Assembly: GCA_022117465.1 (NCBI GenBank)
Contig: JAHCGZ010000005.1
Coordinates: forward strand, 7,544 to 71,543
From: Candidatus Nitrosopumilus limneticus
GTDB lineage: Archaea > Thermoproteota > Nitrososphaeria > Nitrososphaerales > Nitrosopumilaceae
Length of the DNA: 64,000 nucleotides
Reading direction: 5' to 3'
Part shown: positions 57,317 through 64,000 of the stretch, piece by piece
Numbering within the stretch: position 1 is the first letter of the stretch
How the letters are laid out: each line of letters starts with the position of its first letter
The notes under the pieces: generated by a model
Databases searched by the model: none
What the model was told of the DNA's origin: nothing
The model's input: the letters and a program-made list of their open reading frames with translations, nothing else
Program-made: the position numbers and the translations under genes

Positions 57317-58032
57317 TGGTAAGTATCGCAGGAAGTAAAAAACTCAAACGACAAATGGCACCACTATTTTGGGGTATTGCTAGAAAAGATAAACGATTTG
57401 TAATTACAACAAGACCAGGACCACACAAAAAGAACTTTGCAATACCAACAGCAGTTTTTCTTAGAGATACAATAAAAATAGTTACTAGTCTAAGAGAAGC
57501 TAAAGCAACAATATATTCAGGTAAAGTCAAAATTGACGGTGTTGTTAGAAAATCACTGCATCATGCAATTGGATTAATGGACGTAATAGAATTAGAAAAT
57601 GTTTCAGATATTTATCGACTAGTTCCAACTGATGGAAAAATTCTCAAACCAATTAAAATTAATGAATTAGAAAAATCTAAAAAACTTGTAAGAGTTGTAA
57701 CTAAAACATCCATTAAAAAAGGAATCACACAAACAGGATTTCATGATGGACGTTCAACACTTGCAGAAGTTAAAGCAAAAGTTGGAGATACATGTGTAAT
57801 GCAAATTCCTGATCAGAAAATTTTAGAAATTATAAAATTAGAAGCAGGATGTCAAGCATTAGTTACAAGAGGAATTAATGCAGGTCAAATAGGTAAAATT
57901 GAAACTGTAGAAGAAGGTACATTTATTCTTCCAAAAAGAGTTATTCTAGTTTTAGGGGATAAGAAAATCGAAATTCCGGCAGACATAATCATGCCAATAG
58001 GTAAAAAGGAACCTGTAATACAATTAAAGTGA
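57316..58032 (+). CDS. rps4e: 30S ribosomal protein S4e
   Basis: LKRQMAP, PGPH, IGLMDVI. Confidence 0.95.
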   Translation: MVSIAGSKKLKRQMAPLFWGIARKDKRFVITTRPGPHKKNFAIPTAVFLRDTIKIVTSLREAKATIYSGKVKIDGVVRKSLHHAIGLMDVIELENVSDIYRLVPTDGKILKPIKINELEKSKKLVRVVTKTSIKKGITQTGFHDGRSTLAEVKAKVGDTCVMQIPDQKILEIIKLEAGCQALVTRGINAGQIGKIETVEEGTFILPKRVILVLGDKKIEIPADIIMPIGKKEPVIQLK

Positions 58033-58036
58033 TAAT

Positions 58037-58558
58037 ATGTCTCAAGTAACTAAATCTCCAATGAAAAAAATCTATTTAGAAAAAGTAGTACTAAACATGG
58101 GTTTAGGTAAATCAGGTGATGTTATTACTATTGCAAGAACAGCATTAGAACAAATTTCTGGAAAAAAACCATCAGCACGCAATGCAAAAGAACCTCAGAG
58201 AGAATGGGGAGTTAGAAAAGGTGAACCAATCGGAGTTGCAGTAACAATTAGAGGAAATGATGCAATGGCATTATTGAAAAGATTACTAGAATCTAAAGGA
58301 AATATAATGAACGATAGATCATTTGATAATTTTGGAAATTATTCATTTGGAATTAAGGAACATATTGATATTCCAGGTGTCAAGTACGATCCGCAAATTG
58401 GAATTTTAGGTCTTGGTGTATCAATTGCATTAACTAGACCAGGTTTTTCTATACGCAGAAGAAGTAAACATAAAGCTAGTGTAGGTAAAAAACACATTAT
58501 TAGTAATCAAGAAGCAAAGAATTATTTTGAAAAAGAATACGGAGTCAAAGTAGTATAA
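58037..58558 (+). CDS. rpl5: 50S ribosomal protein L5
   Basis: LEKVVLNMG, GEPIG, FGIKEHIDIPG..YDP. Confidence 0.96.
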   Translation: MSQVTKSPMKKIYLEKVVLNMGLGKSGDVITIARTALEQISGKKPSARNAKEPQREWGVRKGEPIGVAVTIRGNDAMALLKRLLESKGNIMNDRSFDNFGNYSFGIKEHIDIPGVKYDPQIGILGLGVSIALTRPGFSIRRRSKHKASVGKKHIISNQEAKNYFEKEYGVKVV

Positions 58559-58737
58559 TGGCTAAAGATAGATCCTACGAAGCTACTGGAAGAAAAAAAC
58601 ATGATTTTGGCAGAGGTTCAAGATGGTGTAAACGATGTGGAGATTATACAGCTGTAATTCAAAAATACGACTTGATGTTATGCAGACGATGCTTTAGAGA
58701 GGTAGCAACATCTTTAGGGTTCAGGAAAAATCAGTGA
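58558..58737 (+). CDS. rps14: 30S ribosomal protein S14 (Zn-binding type); absent from the ORF track
   Basis: GRGSRWCKRCG...LCRRCFREVA..LGF; 59 aa translated by hand. Confidence 0.95.
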   Translation: MAKDRSYEATGRKKHDFGRGSRWCKRCGDYTAVIQKYDLMLCRRCFREVATSLGFRKNQ

Positions 58738-58742
58738 TATAG

Positions 58743-59135
58743 ATGGCTGCAACAAATGTTTTAGCAAATTTATTTAATACAATTTACAATAACGAAGCAA
58801 GAAGAAATCCTGATTGTTTAATTATTCCAACTTCAAAATTGGGTGTTGAAGTACTAAAAACACTTCAAAAGGATGGATACATTGGTGAATTTGAGCACAT
58901 AGATGATAAACGTGGTGGTAAATTCAAAATAGAATTATTAGCAAAAATATCAAAATGTGGTGCAATTTCACCAAGATTCAAAGTAAAAAGTGATGAATAC
59001 AATCAGTGGGAACAACAATATTTGCCATCTTACAATAGAGGAATGCTTCTTGTAACAACTAATCAGGGTGTAATGTCACATCACGAAGCAGTTGAAAAAG
59101 GAATTGGAGGATTTTTGGTGGGATATGTCTACTGA
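58743..59135 (+). CDS. rps8: 30S ribosomal protein S8
   Basis: GYIGEFE.IDD.RGGK, TTNQGVMSH. Confidence 0.96.
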   Translation: MAATNVLANLFNTIYNNEARRNPDCLIIPTSKLGVEVLKTLQKDGYIGEFEHIDDKRGGKFKIELLAKISKCGAISPRFKVKSDEYNQWEQQYLPSYNRGMLLVTTNQGVMSHHEAVEKGIGGFLVGYVY

Positions 59136-59682
59136 GCAACTCGAAAAATTCCAAGATGAATTAGTCATTCCAGAAGGAGTTACAGTTACACAGCAAAAAA
59201 ACATGTTAACATTTGTTGGTCCACTTGGTAAAACACACAAAAGTTTCCGTTTAATTCCAGTAAAAATTGAAATCGCAGGAAATAAGATTCTCCTAAAAAC
59301 AATTAATTTCAAAAAAAGTGATTATTCAATTTTACATACTGCAAAATCAATTATTAGAAATATTTGTGAAGGTTTGATTACAGGTTATACAATTAAAATG
59401 AAAATTGTTTTTGCACACTTTCCAATTACATTAAAAGTTGACGGAAAAAATATCATCATTGAGAACTTTCAAGGTGAAAGAGCAGTAAGAAAAACTATGG
59501 TTGTAGGAAATACTAAAGTTATTCCAAAAGGGGAAGACGTAATACTTACAGGAGCAGTGTGGACAGATATCACACAAACTGCAGCAAATATTGAATTAAA
59601 AACTAGAGTAAAGAATAAAGATCACAGGGTATTTCTTGATGGTATTTATTCATTTGAAAAGAAGAAAGGCATCGAAAAATAA
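59125..59682 (+). CDS. rpl6: 50S ribosomal protein L6
   Basis: FAHFPI, ENFQGER, D.RVFLDGIY; ATG at 59125 preferred. Confidence 0.95.
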   Translation: MSTEQLEKFQDELVIPEGVTVTQQKNMLTFVGPLGKTHKSFRLIPVKIEIAGNKILLKTINFKKSDYSILHTAKSIIRNICEGLITGYTIKMKIVFAHFPITLKVDGKNIIIENFQGERAVRKTMVVGNTKVIPKGEDVILTGAVWTDITQTAANIELKTRVKNKDHRVFLDGIYSFEKKKGIEK

Positions 59683-59698
59683 ATTTTACAAATAACCA

Positions 59699-59989
59699 AT
59701 GAACATAGATCCTGAGTTTGTTAAAACTACAAAAGAGTTTATTGATAAAACTTTAGAAGCATACAAAGCTGCAGGGGTTTCACCATCAGTTGGCGAGATA
59801 TGGGATTGTGAAAATGTTGGAGATTTTCTATGTGGATTTTTTGTTGGTGAATTAGTTGGTTCAATACTTAGTGCATTTCAGTATTCACAAAAAAGAGACC
59901 CAACTGCAGATGAACATTTAGAAATTGTAGGATTAGTTGAAAGTCGTTCCAATGAAATAAAAGATTTTTTTTCAAAATTTAACAATTAG
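59699..59989 (+). CDS. Hypothetical protein
   Basis: 96-aa ORF. Confidence 0.7.
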   Translation: MNIDPEFVKTTKEFIDKTLEAYKAAGVSPSVGEIWDCENVGDFLCGFFVGELVGSILSAFQYSQKRDPTADEHLEIVGLVESRSNEIKDFFSKFNN

Positions 59990-60056
59990 CAATAGTATTT
60001 ACACATATTTTGATAGTAGGAAAGATTAAATCACTTTTGCCAAGGGTTAATCTAGT

Positions 60057-60130
60057 GCCTCCCTAGCTCAGCGTGGTAGAGCAACCGGCTGTTAACCGGT
60101 TGGTCACCAGTTCAAGTCTGGTGGGAGGCG
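60057..60130 (+). tRNA. tRNA-Asn (GTT)
   Basis: Acceptor stem GCCTCCC/GGGAGGC; anticodon arm ACCGG-CTGTTAA-CCGGT; T loop TTCAAGT. Confidence 0.95.
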
Positions 60131-60134
60131 CTTT

Positions 60135-60162
60135 TTATTTCTATATTCGAATTTAGAAATAT
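60135..60162. repeat. 28-bp palindromic element, copy 1 (26/28)
   Basis: TTATTTCTATATTCGAATTTAGAAATAT. Confidence 0.85.
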
Positions 60163-60202
60163 TGATTTGATAGACGTTAAACATTTCACCAAAAGAAATA
60201 AT

Positions 60203-60230
60203 TTATTTCAATATTCGAATTTAGAAATAT
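60203..60230. repeat. 28-bp palindromic element, copy 2 (25/28)
   Basis: TTATTTCAATATTCGAATTTAGAAATAT; 68 bp from copy 1. Confidence 0.85.
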
Positions 60231-60317
60231 TGATCGGTTGTATGTAATTGGTGTACTCAATTAGACAACATAGATCTAATACATGATCGCTTAAGAACAA
60301 CATGCAGGAGATTTACA

Positions 60318-60566
60318 TTGGTTAGAACTAGAAGAGCCAATAGATATTGCATTGATTGTAGTGCAAGATTGGTGTATTATCCCAGGTTGTCAAACCCAAA
60401 AGCACCAAATGAACACAGAGTACTAGTGTACGCATGCCCAGATTGTACAGATGATTTTGAAAAACCAAAAATGTTCTCAATTAGACGTAATCAAGTAGAG
60501 GATCCACTTGAAACAGTAGAAGTAGAAATTACACAGTTACAAAAAAAAGTAGCTTTAGCAAAATAA
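60318..60566 (+). CDS. Zn-ribbon protein
   Basis: CIDC...CPDC; TTG start preceded by AGGAG. Confidence 0.7.
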   Translation: MVRTRRANRYCIDCSARLVYYPRLSNPKAPNEHRVLVYACPDCTDDFEKPKMFSIRRNQVEDPLETVEVEITQLQKKVALAK

Positions 60567-60570
60567 TTCC

Positions 60571-60798
60571 ATGGCCAGTTCAGAAAAAACAAGAAGTAAT
60601 TATTGGTATTTACTTCCTATATTTTTTTCAATAATCGGCGGAATTGTCGGATATTTAATTATTCAAAAAGATGATCCTCGTAAAGCAAAAAATTGTATCT
60701 ACATTGGAATTATAATGATAATAATTGGCATAATTTTTAATATCATGATATTAAATTTGGATGTTGTAAGTAGTCCAGGTTTTAACGTCAATGTATGA
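60571..60798 (+). CDS. Small 2-TM membrane protein
   Basis: WYLLPIFFSIIGGIVGY...KAKNCIYIG. Confidence 0.7.
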   Translation: MASSEKTRSNYWYLLPIFFSIIGGIVGYLIIQKDDPRKAKNCIYIGIIMIIIGIIFNIMILNLDVVSSPGFNVNV

Positions 60799-60832
60799 TT
60801 GAATTAACATATCTGCGGGCACTAGATTTACA

Positions 60833-60860
60833 ATATTTCTAAATTCGAATTTAGAAATAT
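60833..60860. repeat. 28-bp palindromic element, copy 3 (perfect palindrome)
   Basis: ATATTTCTAAATTCGAATTTAGAAATAT equals its own reverse complement. Confidence 0.9.
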
Positions 60861-60925
60861 CTCTAATTAATACTAGTGATCAAGTAGATTTAGAATCATA
60901 TAGAAGTAATTTTAAAAATCAAATT

Positions 60926-61375
60926 ATGAGCACATCAAGAATGAGAGATAATGTAGAAAGATGGCTAATTCATGAAAGTTTACCATTTGATCAAGTAAAA
61001 AATGAAGAAAATTCGTTTCAAATTTTAGTAAAGCATGCAGGGCGGTATGGAATACCTATAGAAATTTTTGAACCAAAAGCCCAATTAGGAATTCTAGTAT
61101 TAGGAGTCAAAATAGAAATGAAGAATAATCAAATTATAAGATATAGAGAGTTTAACCAGGATGAAAAAGCTAAATTTGCAAATAAAGTGTCAGATTTTTG
61201 CAACTCTATTGAAGCTATTAGTAAAATAATCACCGAAGATGGAAAGCAGAAAATTGCAATTTATGTTGTATTAGATGATAAAGAAAACATTAACCAGCAA
61301 TCAATGTTTAATGCAATAGACAGCATATCAGAAAAACATGAAAAAACATCTAGATTTTTACTAAAAACATTTTAA
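60926..61375 (+). CDS. DUF2299-like protein
   Basis: DNVERWLIHE; family resemblance recalled, not searched. Confidence 0.6.
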   Translation: MSTSRMRDNVERWLIHESLPFDQVKNEENSFQILVKHAGRYGIPIEIFEPKAQLGILVLGVKIEMKNNQIIRYREFNQDEKAKFANKVSDFCNSIEAISKIITEDGKQKIAIYVVLDDKENINQQSMFNAIDSISEKHEKTSRFLLKTF

Positions 61376-61578
61376 AAAATTAAAAAATGATAGATTAAAA
61401 CTTCAAAGACATGAACACGAGTAAAATATGTAGGGGTAAACAAGCGATTTTTGTTTGAAAAAATCAAAACACCAATAAAAAAATATTACAATGTCAAATT
61501 TTTGAAAAGTAACTAATCCAAATTATAAAAAAATTAGCATAAATTAAGAAATAACTAAAAAAAGAGTAATTTTTGAAA

Positions 61579-61754
61579 TTATGCCTAGATGTTAACCCCC
61601 CACTGCAAATAATGGAGTTTGAGCATATGGTGAAATTTTGGAAAACAAGCATTTGGATGGGGGGTTGTACAGTTATGCCTAGATACAAAAGGCAAGGGTA
61701 ATTCCACCAAGGTATCACAGCAAAAGAGGGGCAATCTTTCATAATTAGGCATAA
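61579..61754 (-). ncRNA. Candidate tandem hairpin RNA(s) ending in ATCTAGGCATAA boxes; strand inferred
   Basis: TTATGCCTAGAT at 61579 and 61673; inverted TAGGCATAA at 61746; AACCCCCCA/TGGGGGGTT stem. Confidence 0.35.
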
Positions 61755-61926
61755 AAGCTAAACCCCCAAAAATTAGACAAATTTAACGAGAAAAATTGGA
61801 ATTGAAAGAGAATTGATAGACAAAATCAGTTATTAAAAAAATAAGATGTAAGATTTTTGCAACAAATACCCCCCTATTTTGACATCAGTTTTAATAAATA
61901 ATGAATAAAAATCAAAAATTTGAATC

Positions 61927-62457
61927 ATGAAATTACGTATCAACTATATATCAAAAAAAAATGTAAATTTTATGGTTCGTTTGGGCATAGTACTAGTAAT
62001 TGGTGTAATAATTGGTTCAATGATACTTGCAAATTTCATGTATATGCAATATCAAACAAAACTCATTGAAACAAATGCAGGAGAACCTGTAATGGTAGGA
62101 CCAGTGGAATACATAATAACATTTGACGGTACGCATGAAGGAAGTAAAGATGTAAAACCAGAAAACATATTTGTGATGATTGGAATTGTTGCAAAAAATA
62201 CAGGTGATGAAAAAACACTGCTATCAGGGGGACAATTTTACTTAATTGATGAAAAAAATCAAAAACATGAAGCAGTTTTTGGTGAATTTACACCAAAAGA
62301 TCTACTTTTACAAGAATTAGAATCAAACAAGTCAATTGAAGTTACAACACAATTTGATATTCCGTTTGATGAAGATGCAAATTATAAAATTATAATCAGA
62401 CCACAAAAAGAACAATCAACTGTAGATACAGCATCAATTTGTTTAATAAATTGCTGA
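61927..62457 (+). CDS. DUF4352-like Ig-fold membrane-anchored protein
   Basis: N-terminal TM helix; KNTGDE...QFYLIDEKNQK...FDIP. Confidence 0.7.
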   Translation: MKLRINYISKKNVNFMVRLGIVLVIGVIIGSMILANFMYMQYQTKLIETNAGEPVMVGPVEYIITFDGTHEGSKDVKPENIFVMIGIVAKNTGDEKTLLSGGQFYLIDEKNQKHEAVFGEFTPKDLLLQELESNKSIEVTTQFDIPFDEDANYKIIIRPQKEQSTVDTASICLINC

Positions 62458-62558
62458 TCGATAAATTGTAAAAATCAAAAAAGTGTCAAATTTAATTATT
62501 ACTAGCGTAGTATTGTGTGACTTTTACCATATAACACTTACAATTTTAGAAAAAAGTC

Positions 62559-62858
62559 ATGGCAACATCTAAAGCCAAAAGATCTGAGGCAGCTAAGAAA
62601 GCAGCAAGAACTCGAAAGAGAAATGCAGCAGCAAAAGCAGCAGCAGCATCAAAAGCAGCAGTAAGTCGTAGAAGAAAGGCAGCAAGAAGTCGTAGTAAAT
62701 CTGCAGGTAAAAAAGCAGCTCCAAGAAGAAAGGTAGCAGCAAAACGCAGAGCCGCTCCAAAACGAAAATCTGCAGCAAAAAAAACAGCTCCAAGAAGAAA
62801 GGCAGCAGCAAAACGCAGAGCCGCTCCAAAGAGAAAGGCAGCTAAACGTAAACGTTAG
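62559..62858 (+). CDS. Highly basic K/R/A-rich histone H1/Hc1-like protein
   Basis: Almost no acidic residues; 69-bp internal duplication. Confidence 0.75.
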   Translation: MATSKAKRSEAAKKAARTRKRNAAAKAAAASKAAVSRRRKAARSRSKSAGKKAAPRRKVAAKRRAAPKRKSAAKKTAPRRKAAAKRRAAPKRKAAKRKR

Positions 62859-62902
62859 TCTGTCTATTCACCTTTTTTCTATTTTACTATACTAAATTTA
62901 TT

Positions 62903-62930
62903 ATATTTCTAAATTCGAATTTAGAAACAT
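62903..62930. repeat. 28-bp palindromic element, copy 4 (27/28)
   Basis: ATATTTCTAAATTCGAATTTAGAAACAT between convergent genes. Confidence 0.9.
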
Positions 62931-62949
62931 GATTAATCTTTACAGTAAT

Positions 62950-63372
62950 TTAATCAATCATTTTTAATTCAGGTAAAACAAAAACTTTTTCAGGTTTAAT
63001 TTTTAGAATAATTCTTTTTTCATCAGGACGTTTAAAGGGATAATGTTCACGACCCATGTATTGTTGAGTTAATTTATCTGCATGATTGTAATTAGCATCT
63101 GAAATTATTTCAACTACAATACCACGAATAGTTGTCATGTCAAGTGGATTATTATTAGAAGTAACAGAAACAGCTACACGAGGGTCACGTAAAATATTTT
63201 TATGTTTTATTCTACCCTCAGCTGTGTTTACTAAAATAAAACCATCTTGATAATTTGCCCATACGGGAGATAATTGAGGTGAGCCATCCTTCATAATTGT
63301 TGCAATAAAAACAAGATTTTGTTCTGAAAATAATTTTATCACTTTAGAGTCGATCATATTTTCATACATCAT
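62950..63372 (-). CDS. PPOX-class (pyridoxamine 5'-phosphate oxidase-like) probably F420-dependent protein
   Basis: IATIMKDGSPQLSPVW, KHKNILRDPRVAVSV. Confidence 0.87.
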   Translation of the reverse strand: MMYENMIDSKVIKLFSEQNLVFIATIMKDGSPQLSPVWANYQDGFILVNTAEGRIKHKNILRDPRVAVSVTSNNNPLDMTTIRGIVVEIISDANYNHADKLTQQYMGREHYPFKRPDEKRIILKIKPEKVFVLPELKMID

Positions 63373-63498
63373 TTATCAGTATTAGTAAATTTCTAAATTA
63401 TCATACTAATCATAATTTGAAATATTTTTTATTCAATTTTCGTGAAAAAATATTACTGATTGATCGCAATATAAGAAAAATCCATCAAAAATACGAAA

Positions 63499-64000
63499 TT
63501 ATTTTGCATTAGACTTTTCTAGGACGTTAGTCATTGCTCTATTCATTATCTCCATGACTAGATATTGCGAGTATTCCACAGATTTTTTACCCTTGGAGTT
63601 ACTAGTTTTAGGTCCTAAAGATTTGAGAATTTTTTCTATTTTTGTAGACGTAGTGTCAATGATTTTTGAATATGTTAAATCAAAGTTTGCAGGAGTTTGA
63701 AAATCCAATAGTTTAGTAGACGTACTATAGAATTTAGTAATAGCACCTCTAGATTCTTCAATTCTTACAATTTCAATCAATCCAGAATTTTTTAAAATTT
63801 CTAAATGATGTCTAACAGTAGTTAATGCTTTTTTAAAACCATGTTTCTTCAATGAAATAGAAATTTGATCAGCAGATAATGATTGATGGTATAAAATTTC
63901 AACAATTTTTCCTCGTGCAGGGTCTTCAATTGCACGGGCATGCTCTAAACTCGTAGCAACCGTTCGATTTACCTTAATCTCTTTTTCTAATAATGTTGAC
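63499..64000 (-). CDS. ArsR-family winged-HTH regulator, 5'-truncated by the window edge
   Basis: Frame is open to 64000: AIEDPARGKIVEILY...SADQIS...TVRHHLEILKNSGLIE. Confidence 0.87.
   Translation of the reverse strand, partial: STLLEKEIKVNRTVATSLEHARAIEDPARGKIVEILYHQSLSADQISISLKKHGFKKALTTVRHHLEILKNSGLIEIVRIEESRGAITKFYSTSTKLLDFQTPANFDLTYSKIIDTTSTKIEKILKSLGPKTSNSKGKKSVEYSQYLVMEIMNRAMTNVLEKSNAK

Noticed and set aside
60135-60234. CRISPR mini-array (two ~32-nt palindromic repeats with a ~36-nt spacer)
   Set aside because: Only two units, no third repeat at the expected position, no cas genes in the window, and the same palindrome occurs singly at 60833 and 62903; treated as a dispersed element.
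61376-61926. Replication origin (ORB G-strings)
   Set aside because: G-strings are present, but none is preceded by a convincing TCCA-N3-GAAA ORB core, and there is no orc1/cdc6 in the window.
286-62829. Antisense or overlapping ORFs in the track (e.g. 286-621, 2465-2710, 4060-4335, 8189-8479, 16530-16842, 29492-29998, 38707-39030, 43187-44056, 53304-53708, 62593-62829)
   Set aside because: They are shadows of well-supported genes on the other strand or frame, with biased composition and no family motifs.

Overview
AT-rich chromosomal segment of a Nitrosopumilus-like marine ammonia-oxidising archaeon (Nitrososphaerota/Thaumarchaeota). The assignment is inferred from the CFI-box-CTERM proteins, cdvB, archaeal ribosomal proteins and mostly leaderless TTTA/TTAAG-type promoters. 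Core content: aspS and gatCAB (indirect Asn-tRNA pathway), ilvA, purK, thrC, type II GAPDH, thiolase with DUF35, HMG-CoA synthase, bioD/A/B/F, ccdA with a redoxin, cdvB, psmA, the rpl3-rpl6 ribosomal protein cluster, tRNA-Phe(GAA) and tRNA-Asn(GTT). Accessory stretches lie at about 1.6-7.8 kb, 15.4-16.2 kb and 60.1-63 kb. Several apparent single-base indels in housekeeping genes look like assembly errors. No transposase, integrase, cas gene or reverse transcriptase was found. The most unusual signals are non-coding. (1) A motif TTCTAAAYTCRNATT marks five consecutive gene 3' ends in the 2-4.7 kb island and occurs as a 28-bp palindrome four times at 60.1-62.9 kb. (2) Candidate small hairpin RNAs occur at 7.4-7.7 kb, each behind a duplicated 38-bp promoter-like repeat, and at 61.6-61.75 kb; the two loci share the 12-mer ATCTAGGCATAA. 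(3) A GTTAAC-N16-GTTAAC site sits upstream of both bioB and the ribosomal protein operon. Many Cys-rich micro-ORFs below the ORF-track cutoff are also present. All counts and alignments were made by eye.
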